From positions 1,178,001-1,242,000 of the forward strand of contig OZ316776.1 of the NCBI GenBank assembly GCA_973851085.1: a stretch of DNA of 64,000 bases, in the 5' to 3' direction. Below, in pieces: positions 1-13,893 of this stretch (position 1 is its first letter; each line of letters starts with the position of its first letter). This DNA comes from Ptychomitrium polyphyllum. Taxonomy: Eukaryota. Made by a program: the position numbers and the translations under genes. A model generated the notes under the pieces. The model worked only from the letters and a program-made list of their open reading frames with translations. It made no database searches and had not been told where the DNA came from.

Positions 1-165
1 ATGTCATTGTACTATTATTGCCATGTTGGTTTCAAATTTCAAAGCACAATCCAAAACTCAAAGGATGATCCAAATCCTTCTTATCATTTCTTTACCTTCT
101 CTCATGTAACAACCAATTGCAACAAGGATTTACTTGTGTGAACCAGTGGGGAGACGTCTATTTCT

Positions 166-262
166 AAGGATTACCTTTCTGTGAAAGGATTACCTTTCTG
201 TGTAAGGATTTACCTTTCTGTGAAAGGATTACCTTTCTGTGTAAGGATTTACCTTTCTGTGT
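166..262. repeat. Tandem minisatellite, 5 copies of 19-20 bp AAGGATT(T)ACCTTTCTGTG(A/T)
   Basis: Copies start at 166, 185, 204, 224 and 243, head-to-tail with no spacers. Confidence 0.9.
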
Positions 263-3200
263 AGTAAGCCGCCAATACGGCGTAGTAACCTGACTGATAC
301 TCATAAGGTAATCCTGATTAGCCATGGCAACAGTCTTCATAATAGCTAACTAATTGATACTTGGAACAGACCTCTAGAGCTGCGCCGCAGGCCCAGGCTG
401 GAGTCTTGTCTGGTCTGGAATTTGATCATTCCTCAATCACCAATGTAAGGATACTATAATTCTGGGCATATTCCAAATTTGTTGAACTGCCACATTTGGA
501 GGAGAAACACCTACCAAATACACACCCGGCTAACTTTTCCTTTTTAATTGTTTAAAGTGAATCTTAATTTGCAGCCGTGCTACTTAGCACTTATGACGCA
601 TATAATGTCACACTGAAATAACTGCAAACGCAGGGTGACATTGTTTCATTTTATTACGAGGTGGCACAAAAGAAACGCTAATTTCAGATACTTATGTCAT
701 ACAAACTTGTCGTCCCTTAATTCTGTTACTTGTTTAATGTGATCAATATCCTCAAGGTTGTGAGAATTTCACATCTTTTCTTCCTAATTTTTACATGGAA
801 TCAATCCACCTCTAAAGTTTCTTGACAGTATGTTGAAATTAAAAGAAAATATTCAAATGCTACTTTGTAGAAAAAATTGATTTTTTTTTTTTGTTTTTGC
901 TTATTTAAAAAAATATTTGTTTAAGTTTTTTTTTCCAACTAAAATGAGAGCCTCTTACTGAGAGAAAAGAATGAACGAGCATAATTTGATTTTTGCTAAA
1001 CAAAATATAAGTTAAAGCATATTCCAATCTTTGTAGATGAAAAGCATATTTGGAAGTATATTTAGAAAATTCAAACAAGGCTTTTGCATCTGTACGCAAT
1101 CTTATAAGCAGAAGCTTTTAGAACTTTTATTCTAGATTTTTGGAAAATATAATAATATTTCTAAAATATTTCTAAAAAAAAACCAAAATAAATATAAACA
1201 AATTATTTGGATGATTTTAGATTTTGAATTCTCTTTGAAACTTCTAATTTTTGTTGTTGTCATAACCTTCTTATTCCCACTATGTTGTTATAACCTTCTT
1301 ATTCCCATATCCATTAAAAATATGAACCATAATTTTCCATATTTGGTAGATAATGTTATGTATTTCAACAATTTTGTTATCTAAACAAAGGGCCATTTGC
1401 ACCTTTAGGTTATAACTTATATTTTACTAGATAGAAATGGACCTTTGCTTTTAATTTATTAATTTTTGTGATTAAGATTCTTTTGTAAGAATGTGCGCAA
1501 ATAATTTGTCAAAATTTAAATTGTTTTAGTTTTACATATGAAGTACTTAAAGTTTTATCATGATATTGTCATAAATACAATACATATTTTACCACATAAT
1601 CTAATTTTAAAATTCTCCTTTATAATCAAGAATGTTAGTCATACAGAGATATTTCTAAAAGATCATAAGCTGGAATTGGTTTGTCATTGAATTATTAATT
1701 ATTAATGAACATGCTTCCAATTAATACTCTATTTGTGTAGATTAAAAAAAATGATGTTTTTCTCTAGTTCAAAAATGTAAATATTTTTTTTAAATGAACA
1801 AGAATCCAACCTATATCACATCTTTTAATCCATTCTTTAATCATGTGACCTTATACCAATTACACATGATCGCATATTCCATTTATAAATAATATTAACA
1901 AAATTTAGCTCTTAATGAAAAAATAAATAATCCTATTAATACTTTTGATCATATTGAAGGATAATTTAGCTGAAGAATGTTACATATAATAATATTAGAT
2001 TTTTTGTTAAAACTTATACATCTAATAAAGTATTAAAAAATATGAATGTAAACGATTTATTGAATTATTATAGAATAAATAATTTCATGCATTACAAGAA
2101 AATTGCTTTTTCATTAGTCATTTGAAAAACATTTAAGCAAATAAAAAGATTTTTCCATTATATTCTTACCGATGTATTTACACTATTTTTTATATTTTTT
2201 TTCTTTGTTTTATTCAAAACCTTATTTCAGATACTAAAAGTATTATTATTAATGAAGTTGAAAGCAAACTATTTTTCTATGATCATATTTATTATAAAAA
2301 TAAATTTTAAACAATAAATGTTTTTATAATGTGTATTATATGTTGGTGGAAGTAAAATTTAGATAGTTGTATGCTATAATTGGAAAATGGTTGTTGTTGA
2401 TGTCAATCTTAATTGAAATTAAGTTATGCACTTTTGAATGAAATCATATTTCCTAATTGATTTATATTTTAAGATGGTATTTCTACTTCTATAGAAAATA
2501 TAGTGTTATTTATCTATTAAATATATATGGCATCTATAAAAGCTAAATGTGTATATTTTTCTTTACATTTTTTTGTACTTTCTTTACATTTATTTTATTT
2601 TCCTTTTGTAATTCTAATACATTTCATTGTATTTGTAATTTATAAAAAATTAAAATACCTCAAAAAGTCTTTAGTTTGGTAGAAAATCACCTATTAATAC
2701 AATTGAAGTTTTTATTAAAAAGATTTGACCAATTCAAAATTAAATAAATAAAAATACAACAATATGTCTCATTATTTTAAAAAAAAGCAACCTTCTTTAA
2801 GAATTAATTTCTATAGAACTATACAATATTTGGCAAAATTTAAATGTATTATGCACATGGCTTCTACAACTTGGATGAAGATTGTCTTAATAGAAAATTT
2901 GCAAGGAGCAGTATTTAGAATTTATATGCTAGGCTCAATGTTTTGAAAATACATTAGAATTTTTACCAAACTATATAAAGGCAATTTCCTTAAAAAAGTT
3001 ACCAAATCTATAATTTTTGTCTTTAAAACTTGGATGTTTTTATGATTAGTTGAAATCATAAGTTACATCCAAAGAAAAATGCATGTAGTACATTGTTCAA
3101 ATCACCATTAGTTTCTCCATATAAATTTCAAAATACTTCAAATATATGTCAATTGTTTAGTTTCTTTTCCATCTTATATTGACCATGTTGATTCTGTTTT

Positions 3201-6200
3201 GAAAAATTTAATCCAAAGATTATCATATTTTATACCTAATGAATCAAAAAAAATTAAAATATGGTTTTTCTTTAAAATCGAAAACTTGTCCTAAATATAT
3301 GACAATACATAATATTCTTTAATTGAATGATGTTGCATGATGATGAACTTCAATCAAATAATATTTCATTTTTTTCATTTCTAACTAAAAGATGTCATGA
3401 TAATAGCTCTGATGGATCTACAGACCTACCTCAAAAAAAAAAAATTTAAAAATTTAAAAAAAAAACACTTTACATTCATATTAGTTCTTTTAACACCTTT
3501 TCCTTATACAAAATAAGTCTACGTCCGGAATTTTTAACTTCCCCGTTCTGAATACTCAAAGTTTGTTTAATTTTTTTATTCCATAATTTCATTTTCATTT
3601 TTCAAAAAATTGGCAGTAGTCTTTGTTTTTCTATGTAAATGTGTAAAGAGGTTCAGACCGTCTAACTTTGCAGGTCATTAAAGCATCGAAAGGGCATTTG
3701 GCTAAGCTTTTTGAGGCTCCTGGGTCATTGTTAACTTGGCCTAACTCCCTCCAATTTTAGCATGTCTTAAACAAATCCAGTAAACCATAGGACTTCCCAT
3801 TCATACTGAATCTGGCATTGATTGAGACATTTTATATTTTTCAGTTATTTAATGAGATGTGGATAACTCAGCAGTTTGGTGTTTGCAACTTGAAGGTGTG
3901 GCATGACGTCCAAGCTCTGATTCCTAGAAGTCCCCAAAAATTTGACGAACATTTTGGACTAAGGGAAGCAGGCTCATTACCACCTCTTTCACAATAATCA
4001 CAAAGCACATGTTCAATAATCTCCACAGACATAATGGGGTGGGAAATGGGTGAAAGGGTGGTGATATTAAGATTTTGGTTGGATGCAAATGAGATTATGA
4101 AATATCAGGAATGGAAAAAATTTGTGTATTTTACAATACAACTTTGAAAAAATATATATAGTGGATATAGGCTTTCTTTGCTGTAGTCTTTAATGAACTT
4201 TTAAGTGTTGTGCATATATTAAGTGGCGCACTTTAGTTGTTGTTTGGATGGTTAATGAATTGACCTTCTAGTGGTTTTTAGACTTTTGCAAGAACATCTT
4301 TTGAAAATTCATGATTACCATTGTAGTGGTTTTTAAACTTTATTACTTATCCATTAAAACATTGTTGATTTTATACAATATTCTTAAAATTTTCATTCTT
4401 TAATATGATAGATATAAGTTTATTTACCTTAGTGGACTATTTATTCAATTATTATATATTGTCCATTCACCAATTCTACCATTGGTAAATATATGCAATG
4501 ATAAGAAGTTCTTTGGAGTCATTTTCTAAATTCAAGTCATGGTACTAGCAATACATGACTTGTAAGCAAGTTCTCACCATAGCATTCATTTTTTAAGCAT
4601 AATCTCTAAAATAAAAACAATAGGGATAATTAATACATTATTAATGTCAACACATGCTTCATGTGCACTTATTATTTTCCAAAAAAATTGTTAAAACAAT
4701 TTGTGCAATTTAAAAATGCGTAAGATATTTTGGAGGAAATATTTAAAAGCATAAGTGTCCTTAGGGCTTTGGATTGAGGATGTTATGATTTAAGGTGCTA
4801 AATTTATTTTATCAAATTTTATATACATTACATTTTTGAATGCCTCTTAAAATGGCCTTTCGGCTACAATAGGTATATTACTATTGAATCATAGTGTTTC
4901 ATTCATTTTCTATAGAGTCATGCTAATTCTTTCATTGTTACTTGCAAATGCTTCATATTGACGGCCAAATGATAGTTTTTCATATGCATCTAATGAGTGA
5001 AGTCATGTGGTTTTGATTTAGCTAATTTTAATTTCATTAAAATTTAATTCTTGGCAATGTTACTTAAATGAAGAACAACTTACAACTAATTCTAAAACAT
5101 CATGATGTTCCAAAAACATGAAGAATAACAATACACAATAGTTTAAAGAGAATCAATCAACAATCAACAACTTGTATTTTTGGACGCTTATATGCAATGC
5201 AATGGTTTTTATTCATCTACAAAATGAATTAGGTGGAAATGTAGTATTGTTCATATTAAAGAAGGAAAGATACAAGAAGTCGGAATGATACTTTTTGTAG
5301 TCAAAGAATAAACATTGATGCACTGTAATTAAATAAGTGACATTTGGATGGTGATTTAATGGCCATATTTTCTTTTAAGTTTTTAATTTTTTAGTTTTTA
5401 AATTTTATGTGGTATAGATAAAAACAACATTCACAAAAGCCTATGATTTATAAATGAGGTGTTGTATGACATTGTTTTAATTTTGAGTTATTTAGAAATA
5501 AATTGAAATTGTTGTTAAATTTAAATCATTTATATTATTAATATTGGTTTCTTTCAATTTAAATACAAGCATAATATTCTTTGGATGCCTATCATGCACA
5601 ATTATTTTAGCAGAACATATAAATTATTTTACTTTAAGCAACAAAAAAATTCTTAAATCATTTATGTATTTAGCAAGATATGTCTTTGGATGTAATATGG
5701 CTTTTTGGTTTTAAGATGGTTGATAATATAAGATTAAAGGCACTTTCAGCATCTACAAGAAGTTTAATGGTCATAGAATGATAAATTTCATTGTATATTT
5801 AAGAATCCGTAGTGTATATCATATATTTTAGTATTGTTAGGACAATTCTATTGTTTAGTAAAGTTAAAAGAAATAAAATTTATGATAAATGATCATCTAA
5901 TAGAAGAATGTTATGTAGCAACATATCATATCTTTCATAACTTTACATTAATTATAAGGTATTTGTATCAATATTTGAAATTTTAATCAAAGGCATTAAA
6001 TATTTGTTTCATTAAAATTGAAGAAATTATTCATTAATTAAACAAAGAATGGTTTTGAATGTACAATATTTAATGCTCTAAATAAATGATTTTTTGCACT
6101 CTTTGAATTGGTCTTTTTCTAAGTTCTTTTATTACAAATTATAAAAATATTTCAATTTTATTGATTACATAGATGAATTAAGCACCTATTGATTTCCTGT

Positions 6201-8899
6201 ACATTAAACTTTTTTTGTAGATTCAATGAATATAAAACAATGTTATATTGTGTTCAGATGAAAATTAATAGATTTTGAACCATGAAATTTGCATTATTTG
6301 AAAAAAAATAAATTCTTGACTTTTTTGATTATTTATATTGAATGAAAATTTCTTATATCTACAAATAAATTGCATGAGATATCTAATAAAAATTTTAGCA
6401 TTCAATTCTATCTTGTTTGTTTAAATAATGTGCTTAGAATAATTAACAATTTATGTTTTATTTATTATAAGATGATTTGAGTTACAAAATCAAACAATAT
6501 TATAATACCAAATTTTTTGCCAAAGTTTTTTATATTCTTTGCCAGTGAACATCTATAAATTCCAATTTACAACTTTGTTTTCATGCTATAGAAGTTCAAA
6601 GTTTGTTCAAACTTTACTTTAATTAAATTGGATGCTATACTCAAAAACATCAATATTAAAGTCTATTTCGGATCCTACTATTGTTATTGGACTAAGGCTC
6701 ATTTATTCTAATATTATTATTCAAATAACTAGCAATTTTTAGCTAATTGATGAAATTCAAAAATCTCTAATGGTAAATTTTATTTTTTTATAAATTTATA
6801 AAATGAGGTTTTTGCAATAGAACTTTCAAAAAACTAAATTTTAAACTTAGAAAATTTAAATTTATATAAAAAAATTAATTAATATATTTCACTATGCAAA
6901 TTAAACAAGAAAATCATTCAATTTCATATCCATATTAATCAATTTGAATGGCCCTTGCACTGAATTTATAAATTGTGAAAATTTATCATTTGATCAAATT
7001 ATATGTTTTTTTATTTAATTAAATGCAAAGGTTTTTCATTGGACAAACCGAATGGTATTTTTTTTTGAATTTTACCATATATGAGCTATAGATGTGAGAT
7101 AAAATAAATAAGAAGTAGAAATAAAAGTCATTTATGTTGGTGATTATTTGGAATGAATGTTAGAAGTGCAAATATTTTTTATAAAAGGATTTAGTATATT
7201 AGAATGATATTTTGAAGGTGTTTGAATGGATTATGTGCATGAGTTTGAAATATCTACTTTATAAATTAAATTGGTAAACTTGGAATAATTTTTTTTTATC
7301 ATTATGCATGAATGGGGAATCTTTTGAGTACAATATATTTTGGATGTGTTTTTTATAAGGCATAATAATAATATGCAGAGTGTGAGAGCTTTATACTTAC
7401 TAAAGATATAATATAAGATGATGGAGTATGAAAGGTTTTTTAAATTTAAAACAACATAGGAGTGGATTTTGAGGATTTATTTTTAGAGGAAATGATAGTT
7501 ATGGGTGCAAAATTTTGAATATAATAAAACTTATTGGAACATTTTGCTAAAACATAAATTTGGGTTTGCAAAAATAAGAATGTGAAAAAGACAAAGAATT
7601 CTTAATTTAATACAAAGGGAAACCTTGTGCTTATTGGACAAAGCACACACTTCTTAACAATGTTAATTATTCATAATCTTTCTAAATCATAAAGATAGAA
7701 AAAATCTTATATTTTGAAAAAGAAGTAAGACATGAAATAAGTGTCTCTTCTTGAATGTATGTCATGTATTATTATAGATGAAAAGAAGGTTTAATGTTAA
7801 AACAATTTAGTGTATGAAGCAACAATTGAAAGTTTTGAGATTGTGCATGAATTGTTAAATTTGGTTACAATGATTGTATCGTTAAAATGGTATCAATAGA
7901 AAACTTTATTATTTTAATGTCATTTTTACATTAGAATGACACAAAATAAAATGATGCCAAATGACACAAAATATCTTTGACTTAAAGAAACATTAAAACA
8001 ATATCAAAATGACTTCAACATGACATAAAAAATCATACAAAATGTGACTATGATGTCATTTTAACTTATGCCATTATGCCATTATGGTGACATTTTAACA
8101 TCGTTTTAGGTCAAGACACATTGTTGTCATTTTGATCATAACTTGAAAATACAATTTTGTTGTTTTTGAAACTTATTTAATTTATGTCAAGGGGCATCCG
8201 TGTAACGTAGAGTATGACACACATTCACTTTGCTATCATATCCCATTTCAAAATGACACAAAGAAGATTTTTGAGTGAGTACAATTCAGCCTCATGATTA
8301 GTGCTGATCTTTCAAATGGGCTTTCCCCTTCACAATATTATGGATCCAGATTGTCACTTATGATCTCAATAACTGTTGGGTACTTATAGCCAGTGTGTGA
8401 CTGACTCACTGACTCAGGCTTTCTAATTCTGAGCCAGGTGCCCATGGTGCTGTGATCAAGCAACCAACTAGAAGCAGGTATTCAGTACCGGGGCAGGATT
8501 GAGCTTACAAATCAATCAAATTAATTAATGTCCTTAGTCACAATGATGATGTGAACTTTTTGGAAACTCTAAGTTTGAACCCATATGGTCCTGGTATTGC
8601 AAAGTGGTGCATGCACTATTGGTTTCAATTTACAGGTGCAAGATTCCTTTGACACATGCATATTCCTTAGGCTTCTTACAGTTACAACTATGGTCTGTCA
8701 AGGTGGATAGAAGTTGTTTGGGTTTCATAGAATGTACATCATAGCCATTGCAACTAGTACCATTATAAGAAAGAGGAGTTACACAGGGTTGTTTAGTTTT
8801 ATATCAAGATTGACAGCAAGCTTAAACGTAAAGTATGTCTGAAAATTACCACACTTACATGAAAATTGATTTTGTGAAGTTTGGTCATGGCTAGGAGGC

Positions 8900-8965
8900 A
8901 TATCAGAATTGAGCTTTGGCAATATCAGAATTGAGCTTTGGCAATATCAGAATTGAGCTTTGGCA
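8900..8965. repeat. Tandem repeat, about 3 copies of 22-bp ATATCAGAATTGAGCTTTGGCA
   Basis: Three contiguous copies read directly from the sequence. Confidence 0.9.
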
Positions 8966-11900
8966 GGGAGCAGATATGATCTCAGCATGGGCAAGGCATG
9001 GGTTGCATAAGGTACTGTTTTCAAATATCCACTCACCATAGACCTCACCAAGGTATAGGAGTTTTTTTGAAAATTTGGAGACATAACCAATCTGTTGTCC
9101 AATGATACATCTTCATTATTTTATTTATTTCTTACTTCAAATAGTTATTTAAGAAGATTCATCTTAATTTTTTTTTTAGAGTTTTCAACTTCATTCAGTA
9201 ATTTGTCACTTCATTTGTTTAATATGGAATTACTTGCTAATTCTATCTATTCCTTGACTTTCGCATATAGGCTTTTTTAATATTATATCGACCCTGATCC
9301 ATATGTAATGAGCTATAAAAGAATAGACCAGATCATTATATGTATATTAAAGAATGAACTAAATGATAGTGATGCCCACAATTTGAGGTCAGAACTCCAT
9401 TGAGATGGAGACATTTGTTTATGATATTTGTGGCTTAGATTATACTAAAAATATGGATTTTGTGAATACTATATTCACCACTATTTCACCTATTTTCTAG
9501 CCCATGTTATCTAAGTTGGTTGTTAAACATGTGCTTAGTGATTATTCTTTTATTTTTAGCTAATAGATGAAGGAAGAAGGTAATAATGTACGTGAGATGA
9601 GGGAAGAAGGTAATAATGTACGTGCTTACTTTAATCATAATAGAAGATTTTTTTTTTTGTTGAGACCAACTTTAAAGTTTCACTCCTTACGATGCTCAAA
9701 AAACATGTCTCTTTATGAACTCTTCTAAAACGTCTTTCATATAAAAAATCATGTCTGCCTAAAACTCTTGTGTGATATTTTTTTACATGTTCCTTTATAC
9801 ATGGTTAATGTATCATTGATTATTTTAAGAAAATATACAACTTAAAAGCACCAAAACGAATTTTGCATTAGTTAAAAATAAGACTTTAAAACATTAAAAA
9901 TAGAATTCTCCAAAAATAACAATTAAAGAAATATAGAAAAAAAAAAACAGAAATTGTTACATTTTAAGATTTTTAGGATGAAATTTCAAATTTATGGTAA
10001 ATATAATATACATGTGGTTGATAAGAGGAATTATTCAAACTATTAAAGAATACAAAAATATGTATTTTCATCATAATATGTTACCTTGTCACCCAGGTAT
10101 TTATGCAGAATCCAAAAAATTCTATGCCTCATGTATGTATGCAGTATACTTTGTACAACAAAATCAAATTGACACCCCTTTTATGCACCAACATGTACTT
10201 TCATAATGTACCCCTGGTCACTGACAAGGGTCTAGCAAGTAACGGAGCATGCAACACTGAGTCTCTGGGGTAGGGTAACAGAATATATCTAACAAGCCTG
10301 TTCTAAGATTTGGTCCCTGCAGCCAGCCTTCCAAGTTCCAAGTCGTGGTATTCTCTAATGCTCATAGGGCTGCTAAGCTGACACACAGTTGTACACATTC
10401 TGCTCTTGCTTTGAGAATGTCCGACCTTGCATGGGTTGTACAGAGCAGTTCTGTCAACACCACCCAGTCATCTGGATGACCATGTCACCATGCATGTAGC
10501 AGGTCACACCTGTGACCCAAAGTGAGAATTGAGCCATTCAGTTTCCTTTTTATTTAGCCAGTATTTCTCAATTATTTACATAGAATACAAATTTCCAGAT
10601 TCTTGCAGAAATTGTTGGTGAAACGGCAGAGGTGCCTGATTTAACCAGCCGCTCACTGGAAGGCATAGGTTCAAGTGCAGAGCTGAAGGCAATCTTGAGA
10701 AGTTCTTCTGAAAATTTTAATTGTTTACAAACTGCAACACTTATTTCAAAGGCACACCTGGTAGATCTATTTAAGTTAAGGGATTGAAAGCGATTTGGTG
10801 TGCCAAACCTCCAAGTTGATATGTGAATCCAATCTTGGACAGCCTGTTCACTAATTCATCAAATCAGATTGCTGTCTAACTTGTACTTAGCCTCAGATGC
10901 TAAACAACTTTCTAGTAGGATCATGGGTACTTTTAAACATTTGGCGCCCAATTTGAAACTTATCAATTCCTTGATAGTGAAGCAAATCTCATTTATCATT
11001 CAAAATGTCTGCAATTTCACCACAAAGAAATGGGATCAGCATATCAGAAATAGCTTTCTGGCCCAGGCTATCAGAGGGGAACCGTCTTCTAGTAGCCTGA
11101 GCTGTCATAAAATCATGGATGCATGATCCAAAACATATTACACAAATTGTAACATCTGCTTTGAATTTTGTGTAGAGCTGAGGGTACCAATAGGCAAAAA
11201 GGTTTTAAGATAACTGAAGATGTTGCAGCTTTGCTCACCTTATATCAGAGCTCAGGTGAGTTTTGCAAAGTGACACTTATCATTGGGATCCTTTCACCTT
11301 GTGTCTGACTTTAGTACCATTAGGATATTTGAATGTTACAAAACATGATTATATTACTGAAACACCTCTTGAAAACTAATTGTCACAGATTCATATGGAC
11401 AATATAAGACATAAAGTCAGTGCATGCAGATGCAGAGTTTTTTTCAAGTTTCCAAGCACCATTTCTCTTTCACATGACTTGTCGTATTGTTGCCTTTGTG
11501 TAAAGGGGCACTGGACATCCAGCAGCGTCTGTAAAGTTTCCCATTTTGGAGAGAGAATGGAGAGAGAATGCAGACAGACTCTAACTTTAATATCTGCACA
11601 CTGAATTTCAAAAGGACATGAGAATCCTTTACTTGCAGACTCTGTGTCCTAATTCTAACAAACTCAGGAGAATAACCTTTGATTTGTGCATTGCCCCTTT
11701 GCTTTTATGTAAGTATACCTATGGAGGCTTAGCTAGATTTAGTGCTGCAATTACCTTTGATTTTTCAATATCAGAAACACTGATTGCCAGTTGTGTCTGG
11801 TACAATCCTATTAGGAAAGGTCCAATATACTAATATTATGTTGGTGTCACCAAAGCAGAAATATTTGAGTTGCCTGTACTCTTCTGAAATGACACATTTT

Positions 11901-13893
11901 TAATAATTTTGTAAAGAGTTCCTAACGGTTCAAGGGATAATTAGGGACTTCTGTTGACTCAATTTTGAAATTGGAGACGACTTGAGAGGTGATGGAAGCG
12001 GTGCATACAGTACAATATGGGCCCAGGCTCTGATTGTGTTCAAGGCACAGGAGTTCATTTGAAGGAATATATGACCTCCTAACAGCCTTGAACTTGGTGA
12101 CACTGTTCCAACAACTGTAACGGTTGATTCTAGTTAGGAAGCATCTAAAAACCATTGGGAACTTCTGCAGTATAAAAACCTATTCTGGTAAAAACAGGGG
12201 TTCCCGAGCAATGTGTATTCATATCAACTCAATAAGAAATTAAGTTCAAACGTCCATGCAAAGAGCCTCCCATTTATTTATCATTCCCCTGCATGTCACT
12301 TCAGAGGGGGCATGTCCCTGTGCTTCAGAATTCATGATTCTGCGTATTGAAAGGAACCAATGAAGTGTTACACAAGTGTATACTGTGGAAGATCTAGAAA
12401 GACAAAACTTACACTCCCTCAATGATCATATATAGTTTATTTTCTCGATGCAACCAATGACTCTAACTTATACGGTGGACTAGGAGGATCATTCAGCAAA
12501 TTGATGCAGAATGCATGTTGACTTTCAAAACATAGAAATTAAGAATATAACCTAAACACGCTTCACTAACCCCGGATTCTAAGCATCCTCAACAATGATT
12601 CAGATATATATCAACTTGCTCGTGTCAGACTAGACGTTCTATTCCGCAGAAATTATAACACTAAATAACAACGAACCTAAAAGTAGATGTACCCAAATAA
12701 CTTCACAGATATAAGCAGGAGGTAAAGGTCAGCTTCGAATGACACAAAGTTAATGTAGTGTAACTTAGTTCACGGTAAAAAGAGTGAAGGACATGAAACA
12801 CGGTAACGTTCAACACTCCGGTTTCAATGAATCTATTTGCCAGGATGTAAAAGAATTGAAACCAAAGTAAGCACAAAACATCCGAGGATTACATCAAAGT
12901 GTAACAAAATGCACCTAGTGTACGTAGATTTTTTAAGCACATTTTTCAATCTATACAAGCAAGAGCATGCGTCTATAGTTTTCAGATGCTTCCAAATCAT
13001 CTCAAAAGCTACACTCCAATGGTAAAATGTCCACCACCAGCACCAGACTGGAATAGAAATACCAATTTACTGTATTACACTCAGGAAAAAGAAGAGGAAA
13101 TAAGACAAAACGGGATAATTTCATGCAGTCTCTTGAAAACCGCTTTACCTGGATTTGGCCTTATGACAACAAGTAATCAGTCGTTAAATATTTTTACATG
13201 TGGCTGCGACCACTTACCAATGACTGTTTCAGCTATAAAAATGATAGGGTTTTCCCTAACAATGTAATAAACCTGTTCACAATATTAAAGAGGAGGGTGA
13301 GCTTCTTGAGCCCCACGCTCTCCATCTCCATTGTGGTCTTCGACAATACAATCTTTCCTTTTGTGGTGCTTATTCACAAAGCTTTTCCAGAGTCCTTCTA
13401 TATCTCCAGTCATGACAAGCTCACATCCGCTTGCTCCTTCTGGGTACCAGCAAACGAATATGATTTTATCACCTTCACGACCACAGCGAGGAATGGATAA
13501 CGCAAAGAATACGATTCCAAGTCAAGAATGGAGATATTGAAAGCTTGTCAAATACGCCTTCTTCCCCTATACCAGACCTACAACATTCATGTTGCAAAAA
13601 AAGCGAGAAATCTTAGATGCTCTACGCCTACAACGGTTCAGTAAATTTATTCTTTAAGATTTTTGTTATAAACTACAGATCACATACCTTGTCACCCCAG
13701 CGTAACCTCTCGTCCTGCCTTTATCATGGCCCATCGCAGGAGTAGCTCAAATCTGCTCCCTCGATTAGTCTTCACAATGAGGGTATGAAAGATTGGACAA
13801 TGAGTTCTGTCGTGCTCCCTTAACATATTTCCTTGGTCGAGACAAAGAGTACTTCCCTCAAAGAAATCCTCACTCTCCCCACGCAGAAGGCTA

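Noticed and set aside
166..262. CRISPR-like array
   Set aside because: The units are contiguous with no unique spacers, the context is eukaryotic and there are no cas genes.
880..12400. Short ORFs in the AT-rich and CpG-poor region as genes or viral remnants
   Set aside because: Track ORFs and the stretches I translated by hand gave no recognisable motif and had frequent stops. A profile search would be needed.
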